In this document: positions 50,902 to 63,375 of the stretch, piece after piece
Position numbering within the stretch: position 1 is the stretch's first letter
Layout of the letters: each line of letters begins with the position of its first letter
Source of the DNA: Octopus vulgaris
Taxonomy: Eukaryota
Reading direction: 5' to 3'
Assembly (NCBI GenBank): GCA_951406725.2
Contig: OX597830.1
Location: forward strand, 44,268,001-44,332,000
Length of the DNA stretch: 64,000 nucleotides
Program-made: the position numbers and the translations under genes
The notes under the pieces: generated by a model
What the model saw: the letters and a program-made list of their open reading frames with translations, nothing else
What the model was told of the DNA's origin: nothing
Database searches by the model: none

Positions 50902-51644
50902 TACACTTTAGAATGCATAAACAAAACTGTCTGGCGAATGGGAACCTAGAAGTCTGAGTAACAGTTTTTGTGATTATTTTGATGCTTTTTGATAATGCAT
51001 ATTACTCTACTTCTGGTATTTGAGTACTATTTTTTCCAACTTGTTTCACATTTATGTGCTTACTCTGGCATATATATATATATATATACACATACACATG
51101 TAATAGTATTAATTAACAGTAGGAGAGGGATTTTGTATTAGACTTATATTTTAATAAAAGTCTAATTCAAAATCCATCTCCTATTAATTAATATTACCCT
51201 AACTGTCACTGTGGAGTTCCTGAAGTAAATCCAATGGAAGTGTACCATAACTACAGATGACAACAGGTAGCCTAAACTGTGCCAGTGCTCTACTATATGT
51301 ATGTATGTATGTATGTATGCATGCCTGTATGTATGTATGCTCCAGCATACATTAACAATTCATACCAACTTTATCTAAAGCTTTGTCATGAGAGATTAAA
51401 ACAGAGGTACAAAGTTAAGATTAACAAGGAAAAGGGATTAAAAAATAAAATATCAATCAATAAGAAAAACATTTAATTGCCAAATTACTATATCTGAATA
51501 TTATGCAACGAGAGGAAAAGAAGAAGGAATAATGTCCAAATCTTTTAAAGACCAAACGCATGAGATGGATGGGATTGTTGTTAATGATGTTCATATTTTA
51601 GCATTCTTAAATCATTAAAGGTGGACAGCAGTAATCAGAAGGTG

Positions 51645-51960
51645 TGCAAGTGGCTCACTGGTTCGGATGTTTGGTTCACGATTATAAGGTCGTGAGTTCG
51701 ATAGCTGGTAGTGCACTGTGTCCTTGAGCAAGACACTTTATTTCATGTTGCTCCAGTCCACTCCCCTGGCAAAAATGAGTTGTTCCTGTATTTGAAAGGG
51801 CCAGCTGTGTCACATTCTGTGTCATGCTGTATCTCCCTAAGAATTACATTAAGGGTATGCATGTCCGTGGAGTTCTCAGCCACTTGCATGTGCATTTCAT
51901 GAGCAGGCTGTTCTGTTGATTGGATTAACTGGAACCCTAATTGTTATGATGGAAGGAGTG
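51645..51960 (+). mobile_element. tRNA-derived SINE family C (representative; copies near 11125, 27520, 47617, 55577, and minus-strand 9190)
   Basis: tRNA-like head tggct.agtggtt...gttcga, followed by ccttgagcaagacactt...gctccagtccactc. Confidence 0.8.
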
Positions 51961-52112
51961 GCAGTTTACATATAAAAAAATGGCATTAGATGTAATTTTT
52001 ATACCTAAATCATTTTCAGGAATTATTACTGGAATTATTTTTCAGGTTGTTTAACTTCATATTTGTTTGGTTCAGTGAAAGTTACAAGACAAGCAGTTCA
52101 AACAGTTTAGAC

Positions 52113-52375
52113 CAGCAGTTCTCAACCAATTTTCTATCTATTTATCTGTGGACCTCTTTGATTCCAATTTTACTCAGGGAGACCCCAAAGTCATTCGATC
52201 TTTAATAAAATCCAATTATATTTTCATTATTAAATATTATCAGGAATTGTATTAAAAAATTGTTTAAATGTTTTGTGTATTGTAGAAGTATAACCAGTTT
52301 ATTGCACATAAATACGGACCCTTAAGAGCCATGTGGACCCCTAAGGGTTATCTGGAACCCAGTTGATAATTGTTG
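52113..52375. mobile_element. hAT/Charlie-type MITE
   Basis: TIR CAGCAGTTCTCAACC...; TSD gtttagac/ggttagac (7 of 8 match). Confidence 0.8.
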
Positions 52376-52674
52376 GGTTAGACTCTGTGGTTGTATACAT
52401 TATAGATGTGTTCAGGGCTGAGCTGAAGTCTTGTTTTATTATCTGACTAGTTTGAGTTTTATCATCCTCAGATATTTTAAGGTCTTGAGCTGTACTGAAA
52501 GCTGTGTAAAAAAAAAAAAAAGACCCTTGGGAGTTTTAATAAATTTAAAAGAAGACTTTCTAAAGTTAAACTTTGTAAAACTTTACTTTTTGACATCCAA
52601 TGTAAAATTTAATGAGAATTAAATTCTAATGAAAATGTAAAGAAATGAAGTCTTATTCTTAAAATAGTTCTGAC

Positions 52675-52871
52675 CTTTGAGAAGAGCCTTCAAGATTGCC
52701 ATGTCAATATCTCGAACTGAATCCTTAGAATCCATTTCAAAAACTGTCACTAAATTTGGATGATCAAGGGAACCACAGACATATTTGAGCAAATCATTTA
52801 TATTCGAATTATTGCCAAATTCTTGAATGATTTTTTTTCTGATTGCATCTTTTAGCTCATCTGGTAGTGAT
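52675..52871 (-). CDS. TRPM: TRPM exon: SLPDELKDAIRKKIIQEFGNNSNINDLLKYVCGSLDHPNLVTVFEMDSKDSVRDIDMAILKALLK
   Basis: Splice sites ttctag|...|gtcaga; 197 nt, phase 2 to 1; DIDxAILxALLK motif. Confidence 0.93.
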
Positions 52872-53160
52872 CTAGAAAAAGTTCAATGTAAAAAGCATAA
52901 ATAAGAAAAATATATAAACATTGAGAAAAAAAAAATTGAAAAAGAATGAAAAGTTACATAAATAGAACAATTTCACAAGAAGTTATACAGTTCTATATTT
53001 GAGAGATGAGGAATTATGTACATTATTTACATTTGATGGATATTTGTCCTTGTCTTGTTAGTTGTTAACACAACGTTTCAGCTGATATACTCTCTAGCTT
53101 TCATCAGGTATCCTGGGGAAATTTTGAACCTGGGTTCCCATTCCTAAGGTATTTTTCATT

Positions 53161-53217
<57 letters not shown>

Positions 53218-54010
53218 TCACTGCCTGGAATTGAACTTGGAATCTTGGGGTCAGTAGCCCTTTGTTGTTAACCACTATGCCATATGCCCATGGGCAGTGG
53301 TTAACAACAAACAAGATGAGGATAAATATTGCTCAAATGTAAATAATGTATAAGAAGTTATGTTAACTGAATGGGGTACTATCTTGGTATCACAACTAAC
53401 AAGTTATGTCAGAGAGTCTATTCTCTTACTTGCACAGGCAACAACAAATGATGATATCTAGGTTCAAAACAAAACAACACAAAATGAAACAAAAAACAAA
53501 CAAATACAAAACAACAGATATCAGTTGTGTTGTTCTGCTGGTGTCACAAACAACAAATAATATTCTTTTCTACTCTAGGCACAAGGCCTGAAATTTTTGG
53601 GGAAGGGGCCAGTCGATTAGATTGATCCCAGTATGCAACTAGCACTTAATTTACTGACCCCGAAAGGATTAAAGGCAAAGTCGACCTTGGCAGAATTTGA
53701 ACTCAGAGTGTAAAGACAGACAAAATACTACTAAGCATTTTGCCCAGCATGCTAACGTTTCTGCCAGCTCACCACCTGAAACAACAAATAATATTAATGA
53801 CACAAATGTTAACTGACTGTACCCAATTGGTTCCACCCTGCTTGAGAGCACTTCTGGGTCTTTAAGACAACATTTATGTTTATCACTCAATGGGATCAAA
53901 CCCAGACCTTCCATTAAAATTTCATGTTAATTTGTTCCAAAGATCAACCAAATAACGACAAAGTTACTTTACAAAATATTCTATTATTTTTCAAATGAAT
54001 GACAACAAAG

Positions 54011-54057
<47 letters not shown>

Positions 54058-55354
54058 GGGGGCTTTCTTTCAGTTTCCATCTACCAAATCCACTCACAAG
54101 GCTTTGGTCAGCTTGAAGCTATATTAACAGACACTTGATCAAGGTGCTATGCAATGGGACTGAACCTAGAACCATGTGGTCCAGAAGCAAGCTTCTTGGC
54201 AGATATACAATTTTTTTTGTAGGTTTTACAACTGGATGCTCTTGCTATCACCAAACATTTAACATTTTTACAATTCCTGAAGTGAATTTTCTTCAACCAG
54301 CAATCAAGAATAAAAAAGAGAGAAAACATTTGGATTTGGACCCTGGGAGATTATCCTTCTCCAGAGCTCAACTGGTACTTATTTTATTGACCTGCAAAAC
54401 ATGAAAACCAAAGATGACCTTGGTGACAGTTGAACTCAAAATACAGAGGTTTACAAATACAGAGTTGGCCAAAAGTTACTGGACAGTAAATCAAAGCCAT
54501 TTAATTCCAAGATTGAAACAAAAAATTATTTTATATGAGACTTTGCTAATAAATAGACAAATGCTGAAAAAAAAAATGGTGATTTTAACACACAGCATTC
54601 AATTATAAAACATTCATAACTGGAATAAATAATAAATTTAATATTAAGTTGTGTCTGGGGAGAGTCATTTTCTTTTAGTGCCTTATAATTTAACACACTC
54701 ACCAGTAAAATTTCCACTTATTTCTTATTTTTATTTTCTTAAAATTTTCAATGCATCTTGCAACCTTTTCAATAGTCTTGACTATTAAGCATTTATGGAA
54801 TTTTGATTTGCTGTCAGGTGACTTTGGCCAACTCTTGTCTACTGCCATGCTGGAGCACCACCTTTAGTCGAACAACCCCATTCTTTGTAAGCCTAGTACT
54901 TATTCTATTGGTCAGTTTTGCCAAACTGTTTAGTAATGGGGATGTAAACACACCAACATAGGTATCAGCATGGGAGTGTGGTAAGAAGTTTGCTTCCCAA
55001 CCACTGCATGACACCTTTGGCAAGTGTCTTATAGCCTTGGATCAACCAAAGCTTTGTGAGTGGATTTGGTAGATGGAAACTGGAAGAAGTCAGTCGTGTG
55101 TGAGTGTGTGTATCTGTTTGTTCCCCACACCCCATTTTACAATTGGTGTTGGTGTGTTTACATCCCTGTAACTTAGTGGTTAAGAGAAAGTGGCTGATAT
55201 AATAAATACGAGGCATAAATAAAAATACTGGGGTTGATTCATTCGACTAAAGACTCTTCACGGTGGTGCCCCAGCATGGTCACACTTTAATGACTGTAAG
55301 AGATGAAAGATGAAAGATGATAAGTCATTGTGAAGAAGATGTGAAAACACTAAC

Positions 55355-55446
55355 CCATCAGTTATATCTTTGTCATTTTCCTCTTCTACATTCTTGAATG
55401 CCGTTTGGTAAGCGTAAGCCATAATGTCAGCTGCCCGACCAGATCC
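55355..55446 (-). CDS. TRPM: TRPM exon: GSGRAADIMAYAYQTAFKNVEEENDKDITD(G)
   Basis: Splice sites tgtcag|...|gttagt; 92 nt, phase 0 to 2; GSGRAAD motif. Confidence 0.93.
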
Positions 55447-56635
55447 CTGACAATGAAATAGAGAAATTGAAAATGCTCATTGAATTCAAAATTTTAACCT
55501 GTAAATTGCAAGAATTCAGACAATTTTTCAGTCTGATGCACTGTAGTTTCCTTATCTCTTTCTTCCAGTCATGAAGGCACATGGCCTGGTGGTTAGAGTG
55601 TTGTACTCATGACTACAGGATTGTGGTTTCGAATTCCGGTCTGGGTGGTTTATTGTACTTTTGAGCAAAACACTTAATTTTGTATTGCTTCAGTTCAGTC
55701 AGCTGTAAATGAGTAACCTAGCAGTGCATTGGCATCCCATTTAGGGGCAGTGTTGTGATCTTGGTCACTTATACACCACAGAAATCTGGTAACTGGTCCT
55801 ATGAATCCTAGGGTTTTCAGACAGTACTTACTTTTTCTTCTCCCAATCCCAGAGGCCATGCAAGAGAGTTACAAGCACTGCCATTTCTCTTCTGATTATT
55901 TCATAGAAAAAAAAAAGAGCAACTAACCATAAAAACCAAATAAAGTATCAAAATATTTTGATAAAACATTCTGCATTCATGTAAAACTTTATACGAGTTG
56001 ACCTCTTGTTTGCCTGTCACCTAATTACAAGCTTGTATTTTGCCTTATCACAAGATATTTAACCCGTCCGTATCCAGATTACTCTGTCAAATGTAATGTT
56101 TTTTTTTACCCAATGTTTTGAATTAATCATGCATTATCTTGTAGATTTGAGATTTCAATGATGTCATCATTGTCGTTTAATGTCTGTTTTCCATGCTGGC
56201 ATGGACTGGATTGACAGGAGCCAGCCAGCTGGAGAGCTGTCCAGCTTTCGATTGTCTGGTCTGGCATGGTTTCTACAGCTGGATTCCCTTCCTGATGCCA
56301 ATCACTTTACACAGTTCCAGATGCTTTCTATGTACAACCAGCATGTGTACCTCTATGTGGTATCAGCACAAGTGTTGTTTACGTGGCACCAACACAGGTG
56401 ACACAAATTCATTTTATTTGGCACTGGCACTTGCAAGACAAAGAATTCTTGGCTGGGAGAGGGAGTAGAGGTGTGGCCATGGATGGCTGTGATTTTACTT
56501 AGCTTGAAATATCTTCTCAAGTACAGCAAATCACCAGAGTCTCAGTCCCTTGTCATCTCAGTGAGCCCAGTGTCTGAAGATCCTTTCTCATCATTTTCCA
56601 AGGTCTACTCCTTTCACAGGTTCCCATGATTGTTT

Positions 56636-58760
56636 CATCATCATCATCATGATGATCATCATCATGATGATCATCATCATTTAACGTCCGCTTTCCATGC
56701 TAGCATGGGTTGGATGGTTCAACTGGGGTCTGGGGAGCCCGAAGGCTGCACCAGGCCAGTCAGATCTGGCAGTGTTTCTACAGCTGGATGCCCTTCCTAA
56801 CGCCAACCACTCCGAGAGTGTAGTGGGTGATTTTATGTGCCACCGACACAGGTGCCAGACGAGGCTGGTGAACGGCCACGCTCGGATGGTGTTTTTATGT
56901 GCCACCGACACAGGTGCCAGACGAGGCTGGCGAACGGCCACGCTCGGATGGTGTTTTTATGTGCCACCGACACAGGTGCCAGACAAGGCTAGCAGACGAC
57001 CACGCTCGGATACGTTCGGATGGTTTTCTCGTGTGCCACCGGCACTGGTACCATAAAGATACAAATTCCATTGATGTTCATCTATTTTGATTTTGTTTGA
57101 TTTTTTGATTTGATTTGATTTTGATTTGATTTGATTTTCACTTGCCTCAACAGGTCTTCACAAGTGTCACAAGAAGGAAGGTATGCACAGGTGGACTGAC
57201 TACGTCCCAGGTAGGGGCCACGGGTTATGGCCTGACTAGTCTTGCCGGGTCTTCTCACGCACAGCATACTTCCATAGGTCTTGGTCTCTAGTCATTTCCT
57301 TGGTGAGACCTAAAGATCGAAGGTCGTGCTTCACCACTTCGTCCCAGGTTTTCCTGGGTCTACCTCTTCCACAGGTTCCCTCAACTGCTAGGGTGTAGCA
57401 CTTTTGCACACAACTATCTTCAGCCATTCTTGTCATATGACCATACCAGCGCAGCCGTCTCTCTTGCACACCACAACTGACGCTTCTTAGGTTCAACTTT
57501 TCTCTCAAGGTACTTACACTCTGACGATTATGAACACTGACATTACACATCCATCGGAGCATACTGGCTTCATTTCTTGCGAGCTTACGCATATCCTCAG
57601 CAGTCACGGCCCATGTTTCACTACCATGTAGCATGGCTGTACGTACACATGCATCATACAGTCTGCCTTTTACTCTGAGCGAGAGGCCTTTTGTCACCAG
57701 CAGGGGTAAGAGCTCTCTAAACTTTGCCCAGGCTATTCTTACTCTAGCAGTTACACTTTCAGCACACCCACCCCCGCTACTGACTTGGTCTCCTAGGTAG
57801 CAGAAGCTATCAACTACTTCTAGTTTGTCTCCCTGGAACGTGGTAGAAGTTGGTCTCTGCACGTTTCCAGAGTTTATTTCTCCTGAGCATCTGCCACATA
57901 CGAAAACTATCTTCCCAGTTAGCCTACCTTTGACATTGCTGCACCTCTTATGTGTCCATAGCTTACACTTGGTGCACCTTATAGAGTTTCTACCTACACC
58001 TTTTTTACAGATCGAGCAGGGCCATCTACCTGAAGTCGTTTGTGGTTGGTCCACCTTCCTACTTATTAGGACTTTGGTTTTGGCTAGGTTGATTCTAAGG
58101 CCCTTCGATTCTAATCCTTGTTTCCACACCTGAAACTTCTCCTCCAGTTCTGATAGTGACTCAGCAATTAGAGCAAGGTCATCAGCATAGAGGAGCTCCC
58201 AGGGGCATCCTGTCTTGAATTCTTCCGTTATTGCCTGGAGGACTATGATAAATAGGAGGGGGCTGAGGACTGAACCTTGGTGGACCCCAACCTCTACCCG
58301 GAATTCTTCACTGTACTCGTTGCCTACCCTCACCTTACTAGCAGCGTCTCTGTACATGGCTCGCACAGCTCTCACTAACCATTCATCTATCCCTAGTTTC
58401 CTCATTGACCACCAGATAAGGGATCGGGGGACCCTGTCAAAGGCTTTCTCCAAGTCAACAAAAGCCAGGTACAAGGGCTTACCTTTGGCTAGGTATTTCT
58501 CCTGCAGCTGTCTTACCAGGAATATAGCATCAGTAGTACTTTTCCCTGGCACGAACCCAAACTGCATATCATCTAAGCTAACTCTCTCTCTAATTAATTG
58601 GGCTATAACCCTCTCCGTAACCTTCATTACCTGATCCAACAGCTTGATGCCCCTGTAGTTATTTGTATCTAGGGCGTCACCTTTACCTTTGTAGCAGTTG
58701 ACTATTATGCTGCTACACCAGTCATTGGGTATGACTCCTTCGTGTATCACCTGGTTAACA
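56636..58760 (-). mobile_element. Young 5'-truncated RTE-clade LINE with 3'UTR and (ATG)n tail
   Basis: Uninterrupted RT ORF, three ~60-bp tandem repeats in the 3'UTR (56830-57010), (CAT)n tail, possible tgttt TSD. Confidence 0.93.
57236..58750 (-). CDS. RTE reverse transcriptase, 5'-truncated, 504-aa open frame with an inserted C4HC3 finger
   Basis: Motifs NYRGIKLL, QFGF, FVDLEKAFD, GVHQGSVLSPLLF, YADD, FCYLG, RLRWYGH, GRGRPRKTW. Confidence 0.92.
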   Translation of the reverse strand: MIHEGVIPNDWCSSIIVNCYKGKGDALDTNNYRGIKLLDQVMKVTERVIAQLIRERVSLDDMQFGFVPGKSTTDAIFLVRQLQEKYLAKGKPLYLAFVDLEKAFDRVPRSLIWWSMRKLGIDEWLVRAVRAMYRDAASKVRVGNEYSEEFRVEVGVHQGSVLSPLLFIIVLQAITEEFKTGCPWELLYADDLALIAESLSELEEKFQVWKQGLESKGLRINLAKTKVLISRKVDQPQTTSGRWPCSICKKGVGRNSIRCTKCKLWTHKRCSNVKGRLTGKIVFVCGRCSGEINSGNVQRPTSTTFQGDKLEVVDSFCYLGDQVSSGGGCAESVTARVRIAWAKFRELLPLLVTKGLSLRVKGRLYDACVRTAMLHGSETWAVTAEDMRKLARNEASMLRWMCNVSVHNRQSVSTLREKLNLRSVSCGVQERRLRWYGHMTRMAEDSCVQKCYTLAVEGTCGRGRPRKTWDEVVKHDLRSLGLTKEMTRDQDLWKYAVREKTRQD

Positions 58761-58916
58761 CCTGTTTATTTCTAGAATACATTGTAAGAGGCCAGATCCA
58801 GCCAATTTGAACATAAAACAGAATATTTGGGCCAAATATTGGTTGATTGAAATGCTAAAGATTTAAACAGTATAAATTTGCTCTGCCAGTAATTAGATTA
58901 TGGAATATTTACAGAC

Positions 58917-59029
58917 CTTTACTACAATAACTGGAGTATGGCATGAAGTTGAACTAAAGACTGTCTTCAGAGTTCCAGGTCCACCTTCAACCATTACTAC
59001 AACAGCTGGAATCTTGACCTTTTCTGTCT
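58917..59029 (-). CDS. TRPM: TRPM exon: (E)TEKVKIPAVVVMVEGGPGTLKTVFSSTSCHTPVIVVK
   Basis: Poly-T acceptor ttttag|...|gtctgt; 113 nt, phase 1 to 0; VEGGPGT motif. Confidence 0.93.
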
Positions 59030-59314
59030 CTAAAATTAAAAAAAAAACTTGATTAAGGTCTAAAAATATACTTAATTAAAAATATAATATATAACTTCAT
59101 TAAAGTACAACATTTAACATGAATAAAATGGTTTTAGTCATTAGAAAACAAACAATAAACATTCTAGAAATATGAAACCACGAGTTTTCCCATTTATAAA
59201 TGGAATGGAATGTGATGCTAATTTGATACTCGTTTCCTCCTGTACTAATTCAATTGTAGAAATATCATTATTTCTAAGTCTCTCTAAAGGAGACTACAGC
59301 AGTGGTACTGGATA

Positions 59315-59465
59315 TTAATAGTTATCGTCAAGCTAATATGGCAGTCCATAAATATAGGACGAATGCTGCCGTTGATTAGCTTCAAGAGGCCATCGCCTCT
59401 AGCAAGCTAGCTATGTGACACACAAACTTACAGGACTGCCATATTAGCTTGGTGATTACTATTAA
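59315..59465. mobile_element. Small MITE with 33-bp inverted repeats
   Basis: ttaatagttatcgtcaagctaatatggcagtcc / ggactgccatattagcttggtgattactattaa. Confidence 0.75.
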
Positions 59466-60224
59466 TTCAATTGTATTAAGCATTTAAAAATTATTCATTG
59501 GATAAAGTTTGCATAATCGAAATTTGAAGGAAAATAAAATAATATTCAAATGCATTTGGTAAGAAATTAAAAATAAACCTTAAAATACTCGTAAAATTGT
59601 CAGAAATTTATGTCCACCATGTTTAATAGAAAGAAAGAAACAAATGACTTATATATTACACAATGTGCAGTTGATCTCCCTGTAAGAAAAACATTACTAA
59701 ACAAAGCTAATACTCTTTCACATATACGAAAATACAATCTCTCATATATCTTGTATATTGAATAACTAACTTTACTAACTGGCTTAACTCTTTTGATACC
59801 AACCTGCCTGAAACTGCTTCTGGCTCTGTAGTACAAATGTCTTGTTTCCATAAGTTTTGAATTAAAATCTTCCACCAAACATTAGTCACAATTTATGTTC
59901 CTAACACTAAATGATAACTAAGTTCTTTTACTAAATTCTTTGTTATATTTAAAATTAATTGAAAGAAACACAGAACATCTCAACAGAGATATGATAACAA
60001 AAGGATCAAATGAGTTTTAGATACATCAATATGGATAAGATATCCTTATAATCCTTAAATTCAAAGTTCTCCTGGCTTCTCTGAGATTTTAAGGATTTCA
60101 GCAAAAATAGTACATCGCTGTGATAAACTCTTTTGGCTAATATACTGTTACAGACAAATCCTTTACTTTAAAATAAATTCCAGTTCAGTTCAGGGTTGCA
60201 AATTTCACTGGGGTTACAACTTAC

Positions 60225-60399
60225 CTCGGATATTTTTACTTGCAATGGTCTTTTCCAACTGAGTTCGGAATTCAATTTCTGTTCCAAAAGTATGCTGAGT
60301 ACCATTATCAACAAGGATGAAATGTGAGTGATTAGGATCCAAGGGGCTCACTCTTTTGCTATGATCATTTATAACATGATATTCAGCTGGCCAAGATCC
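60225..60399 (-). CDS. TRPM: TRPM exon: GSWPAEYHVINDHSKRVSPLDPNHSHFILVDNGTQHTFGTEIEFRTQLEKTIASKNIR
   Basis: Splice sites ttgtag|...|gtaagt; 175 nt, phase 0 to 1; LDPNHSHFILVD motif. Confidence 0.95.
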
Positions 60400-60449
60400 C
60401 TACAAGTCAATAATTTAGATGTTAGACATATTATTGCAATCATTGTTGT

Positions 60450-61110
60450 TATTCCAGGAGTTACAGCAGAAGGCTGTGAGCACTTGACCGCACTCGAGGT
60501 GCCAAGCACCCATCCTTGGTCTATGCCTAATCCAGGTTTGCAGCTCAGTCAAAGAGAGAAGCTGTGGAAAAGTGTGCCTGACAAACAGTGACCACACCTG
60601 CTCACCTTCAAGGAAATGCTGGAGATGCCACAACCTCAGCGCATGTCTGCATGTCAGTAACCATGGCATGCCCAGCCCTCTATTCAGTGGCTGTTGACAG
60701 CAGATGAAGCACTACACCACTGAAATGTGCCCCTTCAACAGAAAGTGGAAGAGCGAGCGTACCAGCTTGGTCAACCAGCAAACGGGACAAGGGACAACAG
60801 TCAAACGATAAGAGATGACAGATGCAATGTACACATTCACTACTTCTACTCGTCCTTTCAGGGACAGCTTCCTCTCGGCTCATTTCTGGGTGAGATTGGC
60901 TACCCTGCTCATCACCTTGTCCCAGTTTTTCTCCACCTGGAGGTTCAGACCAAACCCCATGATGCTGTTAGATGGCATGGACTTGCCTCTCCAGGTGCCG
61001 AGTTGCATGCCCACTGACTTTTCTGCATTAATTTTTGCGCCTGTCACTCTTTCATATTCTTGTAGTGTGTCACCGATCATGCCTATATGCTTGGTTGAAA
61101 AAAAGGGCAA
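60450..61110 (-). mobile_element. Tx1/L1-like LINE ORF2 fragment
   Basis: YERVTGAKINAEKSVGMQLGTW matches the Y..ASGAKIN..KS segment that follows YADD in Tx1/L1 RTs. Confidence 0.7.
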
Positions 61111-62084
61111 TTAAAAAAGAAACAGTGAGCCTAACCCTAACCCTAACCCGAAGAACAAACACAAAAAAGCAACAACATGAGGATGTGGTATATGTAAAGT
61201 ATTAGTGGATGCTAAGGGAAGGAAAGAAGGATGGTTTAACATTTCGAGCAATGCTCTTCTTCAGAAACAGAGGAAAGTCCAATAAAAAGGAAGACAGTGG
61301 AAAAAAATCACCAATAATCACATGTGGTTGCTATATGTATATATATATATATATATAATGGACTTCTTTCAATTTCAGTCTACCAAATCCACTCACAAGG
61401 TTTTGGTTGGCCTGAGGCTTGAAGACACTTGCCCAAGGTGCCATGCAGTGGGACTGAACCCAGAACTATGTTGTTGTTAGAAATTGATATTTAATATTAA
61501 TATGTAGTAAGCTAGAGAGCTGGCAGAATCGTTAGCATGTTGGTCAAAATGCTTAGTGGTATGTTGTCTGTCTTTATGTCCTGAGATCAAATTCCACTGG
61601 AGCTGACTTATCCTTTTAGGGTTGATAATATAAGTACCAGTTGAGCACTGGGGTGGATACATTTGACTCATCACTTCTGCTGAAATTGCTGGCCTTGTGA
61701 CAAAGTTTGAAACAAGTGTGTAATAAAGGGGTGAGCTGGGAGAGCAGCTAGCATGCTGGGCAAAATGCTTAGTGGCATTTTGTCCGTCTTTATGTTCTGA
61801 GTTCAAGTTCTGCAGAGGCCAACTTATCTTCAGTCCTTACTAGTATCAATTGAGAACTGGGTTCGATGTAATTGATTAAACCCTTCTTTTTAAAATTGCT
61901 GGACTTGTGCCAAAAATTGAAACATATTTATATATAATATTGATAATTTGTAAGTCTGGTGCAGGTTTCTGCTTGGTCGGCTTCTGTCAAGCTGTCCCAC
62001 CCATACCAGCATGTAAAGTGGACGTTAAACAATGATGATGATATCTGATATAGACAGAAGATCTCAAATTTGTGAGGACTAATA

Positions 62085-63303
62085 CGAGGGCGGACAGAAA
62101 AGTTCTTAGGGTAACAATGAAGGAGTGATGCTAGAGCTACGAAATCTTGCATGCATTAATATCACCTCTTCTTATTAATTGTTTCTTTCCAGGTACCCTG
62201 CATCTGACGCTTCAAAGAAGACTTCAAAAGTAACTAGTAGTGACTTTTCTTGAAAAAATACAAAATTTGGCATCAAGGTGTTATCAGCTACCTACAGAAA
62301 AAGGGTTTAGGCTACAGCGACATTCATGCTGTCATGGTTGCTACACTAGGGGATGATGTTCCATATCATCCCTTAATGTAGCAACCATGTCAGCATGAAA
62401 AGTGGGATGCTGAATTTAGGAGGGAAAAGGAAAGACTTGAAGATGAGCCATGTTCTGGACATCCTGAAACTGTGACTGCTGCAGAAAACATTGTGTGGAA
62501 GACATGTGATTGACTCTAAACCAAATAGCATATCCTGCAATACATTTGAGAACATTCTGTATAATGAAACTTGACATGGTTTACAGAAGGTTTCTGCTTG
62601 GCAGGTGCAATGTCTTTTGACACCTGATCAAATGTACCCTAGGCTGATGTCAACATGGGGAAAATCAGACATTGTTTGAGGCAGATCCAGCTAGCTTCCT
62701 TGAATGTTTCCTAATCCAGGATGAGTGTTGGATTCATCACTTTGAGCCAGACACAAAGAGACAGTCCATGCAGTGGAATCACCCCTTCTCACCTGCACCA
62801 AAAGAAAGCCAATGTCATTTCATCTGCAGGGCAGGTGATGGTCTCAGGTTTTTGTGGTGGGAATGCAAAAGGCTTTGTGTTCATTGACAATCTTCAAAAG
62901 GGCCACACCATCAATGGAGAGCACTATGCCAACTTGCTCAGGCAGTTACTAAAGGCTATCAATACAAAAACACCCAGGAAAATAATTTTCCATGGCTGCT
63001 GTGTGTGACTGTGACTTTGAACTGATTGATCTTTCTTCCCTATTCTCCTGATTATCATCCGTTTCCCAACAAGAAAAAAACATTTGGTTGGGAACTAGTA
63101 TCGCTGTGACGATGATGTCATATTTGCTGTTGACTTTTTTGCCCAACAAGATGAAAGTTTCTTCTTCAATGAGATCCAAGCACTGCAACACTGATGGAAG
63201 AGGTGTGTGAATCACAAGGGGGACTATGCTGAAAATAAACTTCATTGGGTCACATTCCACCAAAATACCTTGGTCAGCCTATGAACTTTTCCACTGACCT
63301 TCG
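62085..63303 (+). mobile_element. Full-length degenerate mariner element (second subfamily)
   Basis: TIRs CGAGGGCGGACAGAAAAGTTC / GAACTTTTCCACTGACCTTCG with TA flanks; DECWIHHFEPDTKRQSMQW, SAGQVM, GHTINGEHYANLL. Confidence 0.88.
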
Positions 63304-63375
63304 TATATTTTATCACATACTTCTAAGAAAACAAACAGAAGAAAGCAAAATGCTTAAAACACATAAGAAGCTTAC

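Noticed and set aside
59662-59679. Possible 18-20-nt microexon after a good acceptor (ttttcttacag)
   Set aside because: The 18-nt form creates TAG with the next exon and the 20-nt form frameshifts; the flanking exons already join in phase.
61130-61149. (CCCTAA)3 telomere-like repeat beside the Tx1-like fragment
   Set aside because: Three units are too few to distinguish from chance or a repeat-internal motif.
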